Assembly: GCA_029717555.1 (NCBI GenBank)
Contig: JAMDHS010000117.1
Span: forward strand, 1 to 54,832
Direction of reading: 5' to 3'
DNA from: Peribolospora baueri
Taxonomy: Eukaryota
Length of the DNA: 54,832 nt
Shown here: positions 1 through 11,900 of the stretch, piece after piece
How positions within the stretch are numbered: the stretch's first letter is position 1
Layout of the letters: the number at the start of each line of letters is the position of its first letter
Made by a program: the position numbers and the translations under genes
Notes under the pieces: generated by a model
What the model was told of the DNA's origin: nothing
The model's database searches: none
What the model saw: only the letters and a program-made list of their open reading frames with translations

Positions 1-36
<36 letters not shown>
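1..36. repeat. poly(A) homopolymer, 36 nt, at the window start
   Basis: Read directly; followed by a short (GA)n run. May be a contig edge. Confidence 0.95.
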
Positions 37-38
<2 letters not shown>

Positions 39-364
39 AGAGAGAGCGAGTCGAGATTTTCTTTGTTCGCTTCTGTTCCTGATGGAGGATGGGTGGGTGA
101 GTTGGTTCCTCGGAGACGCAAGCGAGGCGAGGCGGAGGGAGGATGCTCTTTACAACCATCCATCCATCCGTCGAGGCCCCTCGCCACCGCCGGTGGGTGA
201 GCGCGGACGCTTCCATCCCATCTCCTCTCGTCTCATCTCGAGTCTTTCTTTCTCCAGCGCCAGTGCGGAAGGGATCGGGTCGGAGACACACCGGCAAGGG
301 GAGGCATGGCATGGCATACATGGTCGCTTCGTCGTCTGCCTTCCTTCCTTCCTTCCCTCGGTCT

Positions 365-471
365 TTACGCTCCCACACGCGCCGCGCCGCCCACGAGCTC
401 TCTCACGTCCACCTCCACGTCCACGTCCGCCGGCCAGCCCTGCAAGCTCCAACTCCAACCGTCGGCTGAAT

Positions 472-505
<34 letters not shown>

Positions 506-3500
506 ACCGTGGCCGTCGTCTTCCACCTCCCTCACCACCGCCGTCCGTCGTCTCCATCCATGTTCGTTGCCCCGCCCGCGCTCTCCTCGTCCCCCTCCTC
601 CTCCCCGCTCCCTTTCCCGCTCTCGCCCCGTTCCCTCTTCCTCCTCCGCCTTCTCCGCGCGCACAAACTGCCGGTAAAGCTTCGCCTGTCTCTTCATCTC
701 CCCCTCGTCCTGCGTCGCCTGCGCCCGGAGGAAGAAGGCGTGCGACGCCCGATGCCCCCCTGCCCTCGGCGCGCGGTATTCCACCTTCTCCTTCTCCTCC
801 TCCCCGACTTCCCACACCGGCTCGCCGAGCGATTGTCCGAGCGAGTCCAACTTGGCCAGCAGCTCCTGCATGTTCAACGACTCGCCCGGAGCGAGCGCCG
901 TCCTGTGCGACGGCGTCTCGCACGTCATGTTCGTCTCCTTGCGCAGGCACCAGTCGATGTCGACGAGAGAGAAAAAGGCGCACGACTGGGCGAGTGCGAG
1001 GGCACGAAAAAAGCGACAAAGGAAAGAAAACACGGCAATGATGAGCAAGAAGGCGAAACAGATGAAACGCGAGCACCCGCCCGCAGCTCACCTGAGGAAG
1101 ATCGTTCATCTCGAGCTTGTACGCGAACAACGCCCGCGTCCACAGGTTCGCGATCTGCAACGCTAGCGCCGTTCGATATCGGTCCGCGTCCGTGGACAGG
1201 TAGCGCACCTCATCGTGCACGCTGAGCATGTACCGCGCCTCGATGCCGTACCTCCGGATGAGATGCTCCATGGCGACGATGAGCAGGTGCAGGTAGTCCA
1301 CCCCGCTGCTCTGCACCGCCCAGTTGATCCGGCTCGGCATAAAGTCCTGTCGGCCTTCCTTGGGCAGGAACTCTTTGCTCAGCGCCTGTGTGACGCCGCA
1401 CCCGAGCGCCGGCGTGCGCGGTTCATCCGACGTAGCGATTCCTTCGAGCTTGTTGAACACAAAGCTCTCCGAGCCGCCGAACCAAAACTTGCGACCAAAG
1501 TGGTCCGTCGAGCCCGTGCTCACGCCCTTCGTCGCCTTGTACAGTTCCTTGGCCAACCGGGTCGCTTCCTCGGTCGTCATCCCTGGGTTGGCCTGCAGAA
1601 GAAGTTGGACGGCGTGCCTCACTCCGGCGCCGTAGATGCGCGAGTAGTTGAACACCTTGGCCTGGTCGCGCGAGATGCCGAGGATGGACGCCGTCTTGGA
1701 GTGCAGGTCCGTCCCCGCGCTCTTGGACCCTTCCAGCGTCATCCACCCGATCGCTGTCGCGCCGTGCACGCCGAACTGCGCGTCGCCCATCACGCTACAA
1801 ATCCAAAGCTCCTCCGAGTCCACGTCGGCGCCCACGATCGAGTACCCCGGCGGCGCGCGCACCATCGCCTTTAGCTCCGACCCGACGCGCGTCTTCTTCG
1901 CGTTGGCCGCCGTCAGCCAGGTCTTCTCGATGGCCCTTCGCGTTACCGTGCCCATCGTGATGATCTGCGGGAGGATCATACCGAGTCGTCCGGACGCCGT
2001 TCGCACCGCATCGCCCTTGTTGTCGGAGCCACCGCCGCCGCCGCCGCCTTCTTTGCGCTCCTCGCGCTTCCAGTTCATGTCCACCCGGCCGCCTGGATGG
2101 TCCCAGATGACCATCTGTCCCTGAATTCTCTCCCTGGCCATGATCCAATAGCTGCACGTCGCGTTCAATTCCATCGCTCTCTCCGCCGCCGGATCCTGGC
2201 TCTTGAGTTTCTTCTCCTCAAAGTACTTGAGGAAGGCCTTGCTCAACGGCGTGCCCACGTTGGCCTCTTCGCCGTCCTTGTGCGGTAGCTTGAAATATAC
2301 GCCCCCACGCTCCGCATCGAGTCGTAATCGAAAGTCGGCCCCGTGGAAGAACTCGAGGGGCTTCTGCGTGGCCGTAAAGTCGCCGCCATTCACGTCCAGC
2401 TCGGTCGCATCCACGCGGTAGATCCAGCCATACTGACGGCTGTGGACAAGCGGCTTGCCGAGCCAGGTGAGCTTGAAGAGCAGCGGCGCGACGCGCGATC
2501 GCACGGTCAGCTGGAGACGGTTCGTCGAAGGCTTGTGCAGGTCCCAGTACCACTTGGGCCACCATTCTTGTGCCGGCGGTGTCTCGGTCGACTCGGCATC
2601 GGCGACGTCCGACTTGTCCTTCGGCTCGCTCCCACTTCGGCCGTCCCGCATCTTTGCCCCGCTCCAATCGAGCCCGCTGAGCGCCCAATCCTCCCTCCAC
2701 TCCTCCGCCTCGCTCGTCCTCTCCGCCACTTCCCTCAACGACTTCCCCAAGGCGTCCGCACCATCACGCTCAAAGTATGCGGCGAGCGCTTCCGGATAGG
2801 CGCTCGTCAGCCTACCCTCCCTCCACGCGCGCTCGAACGCCCGGTTGAGAGGCGAAAAAGTTTTTTGGCTAGAGATGTTCCCCGGTCGCGGAAGCTTGAA
2901 GAAGCGCTGGCCGGCGCGGAATGGAAACGGACGAAGCTGGTCTTCTGGCAGGTGTATCTCTTCGTGTCCTCCCTCGCTTTCGACGACTTCCGGCGGCGAT
3001 CGACCGTCGTCCACGACGAACACCCACCCGTGCTCGCCGGCTTTGAACAACGGAAAGCCGTGCCACCGCATGCGCAGCAACGTGGGCACGATGGCGAGGC
3101 GGGCGCTGAGAGGACCCGAGGGCGATCGTCGGAGCAGGTCGACGTACCACCGAGGGCGATAGGGCGTCGGCGACCGGGAGGACTCTCCTGACGACAATGA
3201 GGAGGGCCGCTTGCGTCGTCGCACGCCGCGTGGCGTCTTGGGCGTCCAGTCGAGCTGGCCCAACCAACAGTCGTCCTTCCACCACATCCTCCGTCCTTGC
3301 TCTTCGCCCGACTGCCGCGTCTGCCTGACGCCGGTCAATTCCTCCTTGGCCTTTTCCGATGCGGCCAAGGCTTCGTCCATCGAAACGCCCGCCGTGCCCC
3401 TCTCCATCGCGTCCTGGGCGAGCGCGTGGAGCTTGCCCTGCACTTTGCTCTCTAGGTCCCGAAAGGAGCGCTCGGCGGACTCGAGGTATGCCTTCCACGA

Positions 3501-5005
3501 CTCGTCGACCGGCAGAAAGGCGTTGCCCATGCCGAGCACGCCGGCGAACGTGACCGGGCTCGGGCACTTTTCGCGAAAGGCCGGGAACACCTTGCGGAAC
3601 ACCTCGTGCGTCGTCTCCACGTCCGTGGCGCAGTAGTCGATCAGCTCTTTGAGCTTGGGTAGCACGTCTTGGACCGAGACGGCGTCGACGAACAGGTCGC
3701 GCACGCCCTTGTCCAGGCGGATGCCGCAGTGGAGTAGGGCGACGTCGGCGAGCGAGTTGGCCGAGGTGACGTCCTGCCAGAGCTTGGCGGCCTTTTCGGC
3801 CCGCTTAGACGAGGTGCTGTTAGCGGCGGCGTCGTCACCCGCCTCCTCACCGTCGGCCGCGGCGATCAGCTCGTCGATGTCGATATCGGGCCAGCCGGCC
3901 TGCTCGTGGAGCGCCTGTCGAAACTCCCTCGTCGCCCTCTTGCGCTCCTTTGTCTCGGCCTCCTTCTCCTTTGCGAGCTCCTTGGCCTTTTTGTACGCCA
4001 TCCACGCCGGACGCTGGTGCGAGCTGATGCCCTTGACGGCGATGTGGAGGGACATGGTGTCAAGGAACCGGTTGCGCGTCCTCATGATGGAGTACTCCTC
4101 CAGGACTCGAGCGCGATCGTAGCCGACGTTGTGGCCGACGACGACGCGGGGCGCCTCGTGGCCGCCGAAGCGGATCAGGTGGTCCATCTCCGCGCTCTCG
4201 CCCAGCAGCCAGGGGCTCAGCCAGAGGTACCACGCCTGGTGACTGGCGGCGCAGGCCATGACGGGGAACGCGGAGAGTTTGGGCATGGTTTCGACGTCGA
4301 AGGAGAGGTATTCCTCCTCGTTCCCCGGCCTCTCCACCGCGCGCACCGTCCCGTCGGCGCCAAACCTCGTCCATCCGCTGCGCAGCTTGCCGTCACGAAG
4401 CCACTCGCTGGGCCGTGGCGCGAGCGGCCGGGCGGCGTTGGTCTCGGCGATGGAGAGGTAGGGAAAGGCAAAGGTGCGGCCCATGTCGTGGAAGTGCTCG
4501 TCGATGTTCTCTCCTTGCAACCGGGGCAGATCCAGCGGCGCTGCAGGGAGTTCCTTGACGGGCTGACCGTAGAGTCCGTGGAGGGTGAGGTGATCGTGAG
4601 CGATGCGGAGCGCCTCGGCGGACGGAGCGGGGAAGGCGGCGTTTTTGAAAACTTGGTCGTGCAGATGGCGGTCGAGGAGTTGGACGCCTACTTGGTTTCG
4701 GTGGACTGGTGGTGGAGCGGCAGGGCACGTTTTAGAGGCATACACGGAATGGCATGGTAAGGCTAGGCGGACGGAGAGGTGGCTCGGCACTCACCCTCCC
4801 TCTTTGGCTTTGGACGGGTCCCCGAAGCGTCCCCAGTCGCCGCCGCCGCCGCGGCGACCGCCTTGGCGTTGGCAGGCCCATATCCAGAAAATGACTTTGA
4901 CTTTGACGCAAGCGAGCGAGGGGGGCAGCAGCGCAGTCGGTGGGGGAGGAGGGGTCGAGCTTGGAGGACGACGGCGGTGGAATGGGCTCGACCTGTTTGG
5001 AGCAT
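365..5005 (-). CDS. MIP1: Mitochondrial DNA polymerase gamma (3 exons: 5005-4795, 4705-1092, 985-365)
   Basis: Exonuclease motifs SFDVET, VGHNVGYDR and YCATD; polymerase motifs VGADVDSEELW, RDQAKVFNYSRIYGAG and SVHDEVR. GT..AG introns give the joins E-VHRNQVGVQ and DLPQ-SCAFFSLVDID. The N-terminus is Arg/Ser/Ala-rich like a mitochondrial presequence. Confidence 0.96.
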
Positions 5006-5513
5006 GATTTTGCTCCTTCCCTTCTTTCCCGCGGCGTCGCTTCTTTCTTTCTTCCCTCCGATCCGCTACTTCTTCCGCGCCCGACGGCGTTGACAGTGTT
5101 AGGGGTCGGGAGGAGGGGAACAGGACACGGGTCGGAGGGATGAGAGCAGAGCAGACTCGGCTCTTAGCAGAGCGATGGAAGACGACGGAAGGACGAGCGT
5201 CGGGTGGAAAGAAAGTGGTGGCTCTTGCTGCGGCGATAAATGAGGCGACTGCGGGCTGGCACGTAGCTGGCCGGTCGACGTGGACAGATTGGCCTTTGTT
5301 CGGTGGTCGCTGGCTTTCTTCTCTTTCCCCACACGCCGCTCCTCTGCACCTCCTCTTCGCCCGTCTGTCTGTCCCGCACACGCGAACTCGAGCGAATAAG
5401 ACACGGCACGGCAAAGAGCGCAAGCAAGTGGGCAGCGGGCAACGTAGGCTCAATCCGTTATCGCATCGTTCGTTTACAGCTTTCTGGCACCTCGTCGCCG
5501 TCGCATCCCGAGG

Positions 5514-7315
5514 ATGGGGTTCTGGTCGTGGTGGAGCAAGGTGGGCGCGCGTTTCGGCCTCTTTGCTGTTTTCATGGACGGGCGGACGCTGATGGCCGGC
5601 CCGCGCTTGTGCTCCTTCGCTTCGCTTCGCACGGCAGCCTAAGGACGACGACTATCCGACGCTCCTCGCCTCGCTCGATGCCGAGATCCGCACCGTCTCC
5701 GCGCGGCTCTCAGAGATCCGCTTGCGCGAGCGCCGGGCCAGCGTGTGGTTCTCGATTTATGCGTTCGGCTTCTGGATCGCATACGTGTCGCTGTGGTGGT
5801 TCGGGTGGAGGGGAGCATTGGACGCGGGTGCGGTGGAGATTGCGCCGGTCGTCGTGATCCCTTTGGTGTGAGTGCCGCCGGTGCCCGCCGCCATAGGGTA
5901 GGCAATACTGATGTGGGGCCATTTACTTTCTCTTCCAGGATCATATTCACTCGCCGAATCGTAAGATGGTGGTACCGTCGGACCGGCAGCGCAGAGGGTG
6001 GGTGTGCGGCGGTGGCAGAGCGACTTTATGTGCATGCGTTCGTCTCATTCTCGCCTTTGATTTTACTCTACTGCATGCAGAGAGACACTTGCAGGCGCTC
6101 CGGAAGCAACAGCGAGAGAAAATCGAGGAACTGAAGCGGAAGACGCAGTACTACTCGACGCGGGAGCTGCTTGACAAGTACGATGACTCGCTCAAGCGTA
6201 CGGGTCAGGGGCAGGGGCCAGGACCAGGGATGGGACGAGGAGCGGGACCGGGACCGGGACCGGGGCAAGGACAAGGACAAGGACAAGGACAAGGGCAAGG
6301 ATTGAGAGTGGGTATGGCTCAGGCGGGCGGTCCAGGTGGGGCGGGCGGTGTCGCCGTCGGACGCGGTGGGATGGTGGGCACGACGGCACTCGAAGCGGGC
6401 GCGGAGGGCAGGTTGAGGAACCGGTTGCCGGTGCAGCCGTCGGGTGTTGAACGAGGCGGGTTTGGACCTGGGGTCGTGGGTGGGACGGGGGCAGGACATC
6501 AGGTCAGGGCGAGCATGTCCAACGCGGTGGACCTGATGGGTGCAGGGGCGGGAGGACTGGAGGCGAAGGGATTGCGGAAGACGGGCAGCGTGGGGGCTCT
6601 GCGTCAGGGTGAGTCGGCGTAGAGAAGAAGAGTGGCGGCGTGAAAGTGAAAATGACACCGCTTTCCGTCTTTGACTTGATCAGCACCTCCGCCGCCGTTG
6701 GCCGCGTCGGCATACGGGAGTACGCCGGCGGCACGGACATGGTACGAAAAAGTGGCGGATGCGATCTTGGGGGAAGGCGGGGAGGGGAGCGGGCCGGAGT
6801 CGCGGTACGCGCTGATCTGCTCCCAGTGCTTTGCGCACAACGGGCTGGCTCGGAGCGAGGAGTTTGATACGATCCGGTACATGTGCCCTCGTTGCGGACA
6901 TATGAACGGCCCCCGCGTCGGCGGAAGAGGAAGAGGAACGCCGGTGTCGAGCCCTCGGGCGAGCCCCGTGACGAGCCCCACGAGGGCGACGGCGACGGCG
7001 ACGGCGACGGCGGCGGGGACGGGGACGGGGACGTCTCCTCTCGCCATGCCGCCTCGCACGTACACCGTCTCTCGGTCGTCGGATGCGGGCGCGTCCACGA
7101 GCCCGAGGCCGAGTGGTCCGGCGCATCCGGAGGGAGAGGAGGCAGGCGGCTACGTGATCGGGGGCGAGGGAGGGGAGGATGGGACGACAAAGAAGGAGAC
7201 GACGGCGCGGGGTCAGGGTTCGTCATCGTCGGCGGGATCGTCGTCGTCGTCGTCGTCGTCGTCCGTCCGCGGGGGGAGGGCGGGATCGGCGGAGGACGGG
7301 ATGGACATGGATTGA
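5514..7315 (+). CDS. LNP1: Lunapark ER-junction protein (about 5 exons)
   Basis: Starts MGFWSWWSK (Gly2, myristoylation-type), then coiled coil, two hydrophobic segments, KIEELKRKTQYYSTRELLDKYD, and a C-terminal WYEKVADAILG...YALICSQCFAHNG...YMCPRCGHMN zinc ribbon. First intron 5541-5637. Confidence 0.92.
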
Positions 7316-7462
7316 CGGTGGGGTGAATGAATGAATGAGAGGGGGAGGTGGTTGTGTGCGAGGTACAGACAGAGTCAACATACGTAGATCGACCTTCACA
7401 TTCGTTTAATTTTTTATATTTTTTCTTCGTCATGTCAACACGGTAGGTACGTACGGTACTGC

Positions 7463-7504
7463 ACGCACCGTACGTACGTACGGACGCACCGTACGTACGT
7501 ACGG
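7463..7504. repeat. 21-bp tandem duplication, each copy holding a perfect 16-bp palindrome CCGTACGTACGTACGG
   Basis: Read directly; palindromes at 7468-7483 and 7489-7504. Confidence 0.9.
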
Positions 7505-8956
7505 ACGGACCGTCTGTAGGGCGAACGGGACGAACGAGCGAGTGATGCTCGCGTGCCTGCCGCACGCCGCCGCCCGCCAACCCGGCCACGCGAAGTAGAT
7601 ACAGCGAGCGCGGTGGATAATAGCATAGTCTTCTATTTCCTCGGTGTCTGTCTGTCTGACTGTTTGATTGTCTGCCCTGGTCTGGTCTGGGCCGTCATGG
7701 TCGTCGTCGGGACGCACTCCGACGGTGCATGTGTTTGTCTCCGATCCGATCCGATCGTCCCGTCGTCGTCGGTCGGTCGGCGTTGGCCTAGATCCATCCC
7801 GTCCGTCTGAGAGAGAGGACTTTTTCCTTGCCTACGTTCTTGACGGCGCCGCCGCGGGTGGACTCTCGGCGACCGACCGACCGACCGACTGACAGACTGA
7901 CGGTATGGACGTGGGGTGCAGTTCGGCCCGCCCGCGTGCGCGCGCGGCAAGGGGGAAGGAGACGGGAGCTATCTAGCGAAATTTGGCTTCCTTTTTTCGC
8001 TCCACCGTTGTTGGGTTAGGTCATCGCACCGCATCGCGTGCCACGTTTACCTTTCTTCTCCTTACCTTGGCTTGGCTTGCCTTGGGGGCTCCAGGCCGTC
8101 GGTCCGGGACGACGCGGGGCGGAAGGGCGGCGTCAGATGAGACGTTGAGATACGGGGCGTCTGTCGCGTCCGAGGTGCGGTACGGTACGGCACGGCCCGG
8201 TGGGTTAGGCGTGGGTGTGGCATGTGCTGAAGCTGTGCTGGTGCTGTGCTATGTTGTGCCTCGGTGCGCGGATGGAAGCGGAAGCGGGATCGGTTGTGAA
8301 AGAGGGGCCGAGCGAACGAAGGAAAGAGGGGAGCGTAACGCCTCGCCTCGGCGCGGACGGAAGCGGGAGCGGGAGCGACTTGGGCGGGCGGGCGCACGTG
8401 GCTCTGTTGGTCGGGGGCGCGGCGGGAACAGAGGGAGCGGCGGAAAGGCCGAGTTAGTGCACGGGGGAAGGGGGGGGCTAGTGGCGCGGGTGGAAGTGGC
8501 GGAGTGGAGTGAGGGGAGGGAGGGACGAGGACGGCTTGGTCTGTCTTGTGGGTTGCGATGGGAGTGGAAATCCGAACTGCAGTCGTCTTTTCTCCATCAT
8601 CCACTCCGACTCGCTCCACGTGGCAAGGGCGACCGGCGACGAGTCGATAGAGAGATATCGCCATCCATCCGAGCGTGCGTGCGCAGAGCAGCAGACTGAC
8701 TGACTGCCCGACGAGCTACGCCCCGATCACCGACGACCGATGTAGGCCGGCGACGACCTCGACCGACCTCGACAAACGTCGACTTGAAAAATTCCCATTC
8801 TCGCCGCCGTCTTAAATATCTCCATCGCCATCGCCATCGCCATCATCCTCTTCGCCTCCTCCGTCTCCATCGCCTCCGCCGTCGTCCATCGTCCATCGTC
8901 GGCCCCTCTCCATCATCCTAACCTTTTATCCCTCGCCTCCCTACCGCCACCAACTC

Positions 8957-11900
8957 ATGGCCACACCCACCCTCGACTCCGCCAGACCGTCCAGGAAACA
9001 GCAGCACACAACCGAACGGCCCACCTCCTCCTTTGTCCACCACTCCCATCAACGTCGTCTTTCTTTGTTCCCCCCCGACCAACTCGTTGCCCTCGACAAC
9101 GACAAAGGAAAGCAAAAGGCCACCCCCCTCCGCCCACCCGCTCATGACGCCTTAGCTCGTCTTCGCTCCTACTCCTTCCCCCCTCTCTCCTCCCCTCACC
9201 TCACCACGCCTCTCGTTCATCCTCCGCCCCCAGCCGCATCTCTCGCCATGGCCTCCTCTCCCCATCGCCGTCGTTACACCGACCAAGAGCTCAGCCGCGC
9301 CCTCGACCACTGGTCCTTCTGTCCTTTAGGCATGCCTCGAGATGATCTTATGCGATGCGCCGAGCTGCTCTTCTCTCGTGTCCTCTCCCTCCCTGTTGCG
9401 GACACCACCCTCGCCGCCTCTCTTGTCGTCTCCATCCACCAGATCCGCCTCTTCCTCGACGCTCTCTGGAACCTCTACCGCGATGCCAACGCATACCACA
9501 ACTTTGTACACGCCGTAGACGTTTTACAGGCCGTCTGGCGCTTTGTTGGCGCTCCAGGTGCCCCCCACGACGACCCAGACGGAGACCCGTCCGAGCCCTC
9601 TTCCTCCTCCTCCTCGCCCTCCCTACCATGCCCCCTCGACCCACCCACCCTCTTCTCCCTCCTCCTCGCCGCCATAGGCCACGACGCAGCCCACCCTGGT
9701 CTCTCCAACGCTTTTGTCGAAAACTCCCGGTGCGCCCTCCACACCCTTCACCCCGACGGCAGCGCCCTCGAACACCTCCATGCCTCCGCCGTCGAGAGCG
9801 CCTTGGAGACCGCCGGTTTGGGTCATCTCATTTGGCAGTCCGACTCCGATGCGGCCCAACACCGTCGGACGAGGACACCCACCGGCGCTCTCATCCGCCG
9901 CTGCATCCTCGCCACCGACATGGCCCTTCATTTCAACTTTGTCGAGCGCCTCGAGCGCTTCGCTCACTCTACTCCGGAGTCGTCGTCGCCGCCGCCAGTA
10001 GACGACTTTGAGGACAAGGTGCTGCTTTGCTCGGCATTGCTCAAATGCGCCGATATATCCAACCCCGTTAGTCCTCACCCTCCCTTTCTTTCTCCATCTT
10101 TCCCTCTCTCCTGCCCTTCTACTCACTCTCCCTTTCTTTCTCCGTCTTTCCCCACAGACCCGAGCCCTCCCCATCGCCCGCTTATGGGCCCTTGCCCTCC
10201 GCCAAGAATGGGATCGCCAAGCGACGCTCGAAAAATCCTTCGATCTCCCCGTCAGCGTCTGCTCCTCCAACCGCAGCGCCCCTCCCACTCCCAGACCTTC
10301 TCTCACTCCTTCCTCCTCCTCCTCCGCCGATGGTCAAAGAACCACCGCCTCCGAACGCCGCCGCCGCGCCGATCCCCGCGACCCCTCCGGCGGCCTCGTC
10401 GTCGTCGTCGCCTCTGCCGGATCGCGCGAGCGGCAGGGCAGCCTTGCCCAGGCTTTGGAGGCCCTCACCCGCAGCTCGCTCGTGCTCGTCGACGACCCTG
10501 GCTTTGCTGCCGCCGTCCTCGGCGACAGAGACGGCGCCGATCGCCTCGAGTCGCCGTCTGCCCTCGAGCCCGAGCACGAGTCCAAACCTCCCGATATGGA
10601 CGTACGCCGGCGACCGTCGGTGTCGCTGTCGGACCCAGACCGCTTGGCGGTCGAGGACGAGCTAGCGCTCGCAAAGGGACAAATTTTCTTCTCCTCCCTC
10701 TTCGTACGACCTCTCTACCGCGTCACCGCTGACATCTTGCCCTCCCTTCGACCGTTTGCGGAGGCGGCATTGGAGAACGAGGAGGGTTGGAAGGCGAGGC
10801 AGAGGACGCTTGAGGGTGTTTTGGAGCTTGGCGAGGGTGATAAGGACAAGGACGGCGACGGCGACAGTCAAGTCGACGCCTCCTCAGCAGAGGTCATCGA
10901 GCCAGGGGCGCGGGGGAGGAGGGCGAGCGTTCGTACGAAATCGAATCAGAACACGCCGGGAGGGCAGGTAGAGGAAGAGGGGCCCGTGGCTTCTTCGAAT
11001 CTGCCTCGCGACGACCATCCCGCCTTCATCCTCCCCGCCAACCTACCGACGTCGCCCTCTGCGGCCTTGTCCAAAGTCGACGTGTCGTACACCGGCGGTG
11101 CCAGGCGCAGATCTTCAGCCGCCGTCGTCGTCGCCTCTTCTTCTTCAGCCGCCATGAGGCAACGCAGACGAGAGGAGCTTGTCGCAGAACTTCATCCGCT
11201 TTTTCGACCCCATTTCGACAAAAATGCCCGAGTTGGCCGAGGAGGGCGAGGCGATGGCGAGGGGCGGACGGAGGAAGGAGGAGGGGAGTCGGGTGATGCG
11301 GGAGCGGGCGACGGCGCTGGCGACACCGCTGACGACGACGACGACAACGACAACGATCAGCCACAACAGCTGGCCAAAGCGGACGGCCTGCTTCGGCTCT
11401 TGTTCGCCGCCGCGTCGGCGCCCGTGTCTCCTTCGCACGCGTACTCCGATGTGCCCGACGGGGCGGCGTCCAGTCCGCCCTTTCTCGACGTGCTTCGTGA
11501 TGTGGATGAAAACGGTCCGGCCGAGATGGGGAAAGTCGACGAGGAGGGGGCGGCGGCGGAGGAGGAGGAGGAGGAAGGGCAGGAGGACGACCAGGAACAG
11601 GAGCTGGAGCACGACCGACGTCCGAGTCGCTTCTCCATTTCCATCTCCCCCACCTCCCACCGCCCTCGTCCTCGGTCCTGTGAGCCATCCTTCCCCTCGC
11701 GCGTCCCCCTCCCTTCTTCCTTCGACGGCCCCGCCGACGCCACGCACGACCGCCCTGAACTTTCCCTCGCCATCCCTGCCGCCCTGCGCCGCTCGTCCAC
11801 CGACGCCGACGCCCGCTCCGTACCGGACTCGGCCGCCTCCGCTCTCGCCTCCACCAGCTCGACGACCACCTCCGCGTCCACGTCCACCAACACCGACGCC

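Noticed and set aside
1..60. Telomere or retroelement tail at the window start
   Set aside because: No TTAGGG-type array and no element sequence; only a poly(A)/(GA) tract.
150..1091. C-terminal part of the 1546-aa ORF as the true Mip1 end
   Set aside because: It reads through an intron (1091-986); the conserved SCAFFSLVDID continuation is in another frame that ends at 365.
7400..8900. ORFs of 200-240 aa between lunapark and the PDE
   Set aside because: Microsatellite-derived low-complexity translations with no motifs; more likely promoter or UTR.
10067..10732. C-terminal part of the 591-aa ORF
   Set aside because: Intron read-through; PDE motifs resume in another frame after 10157.
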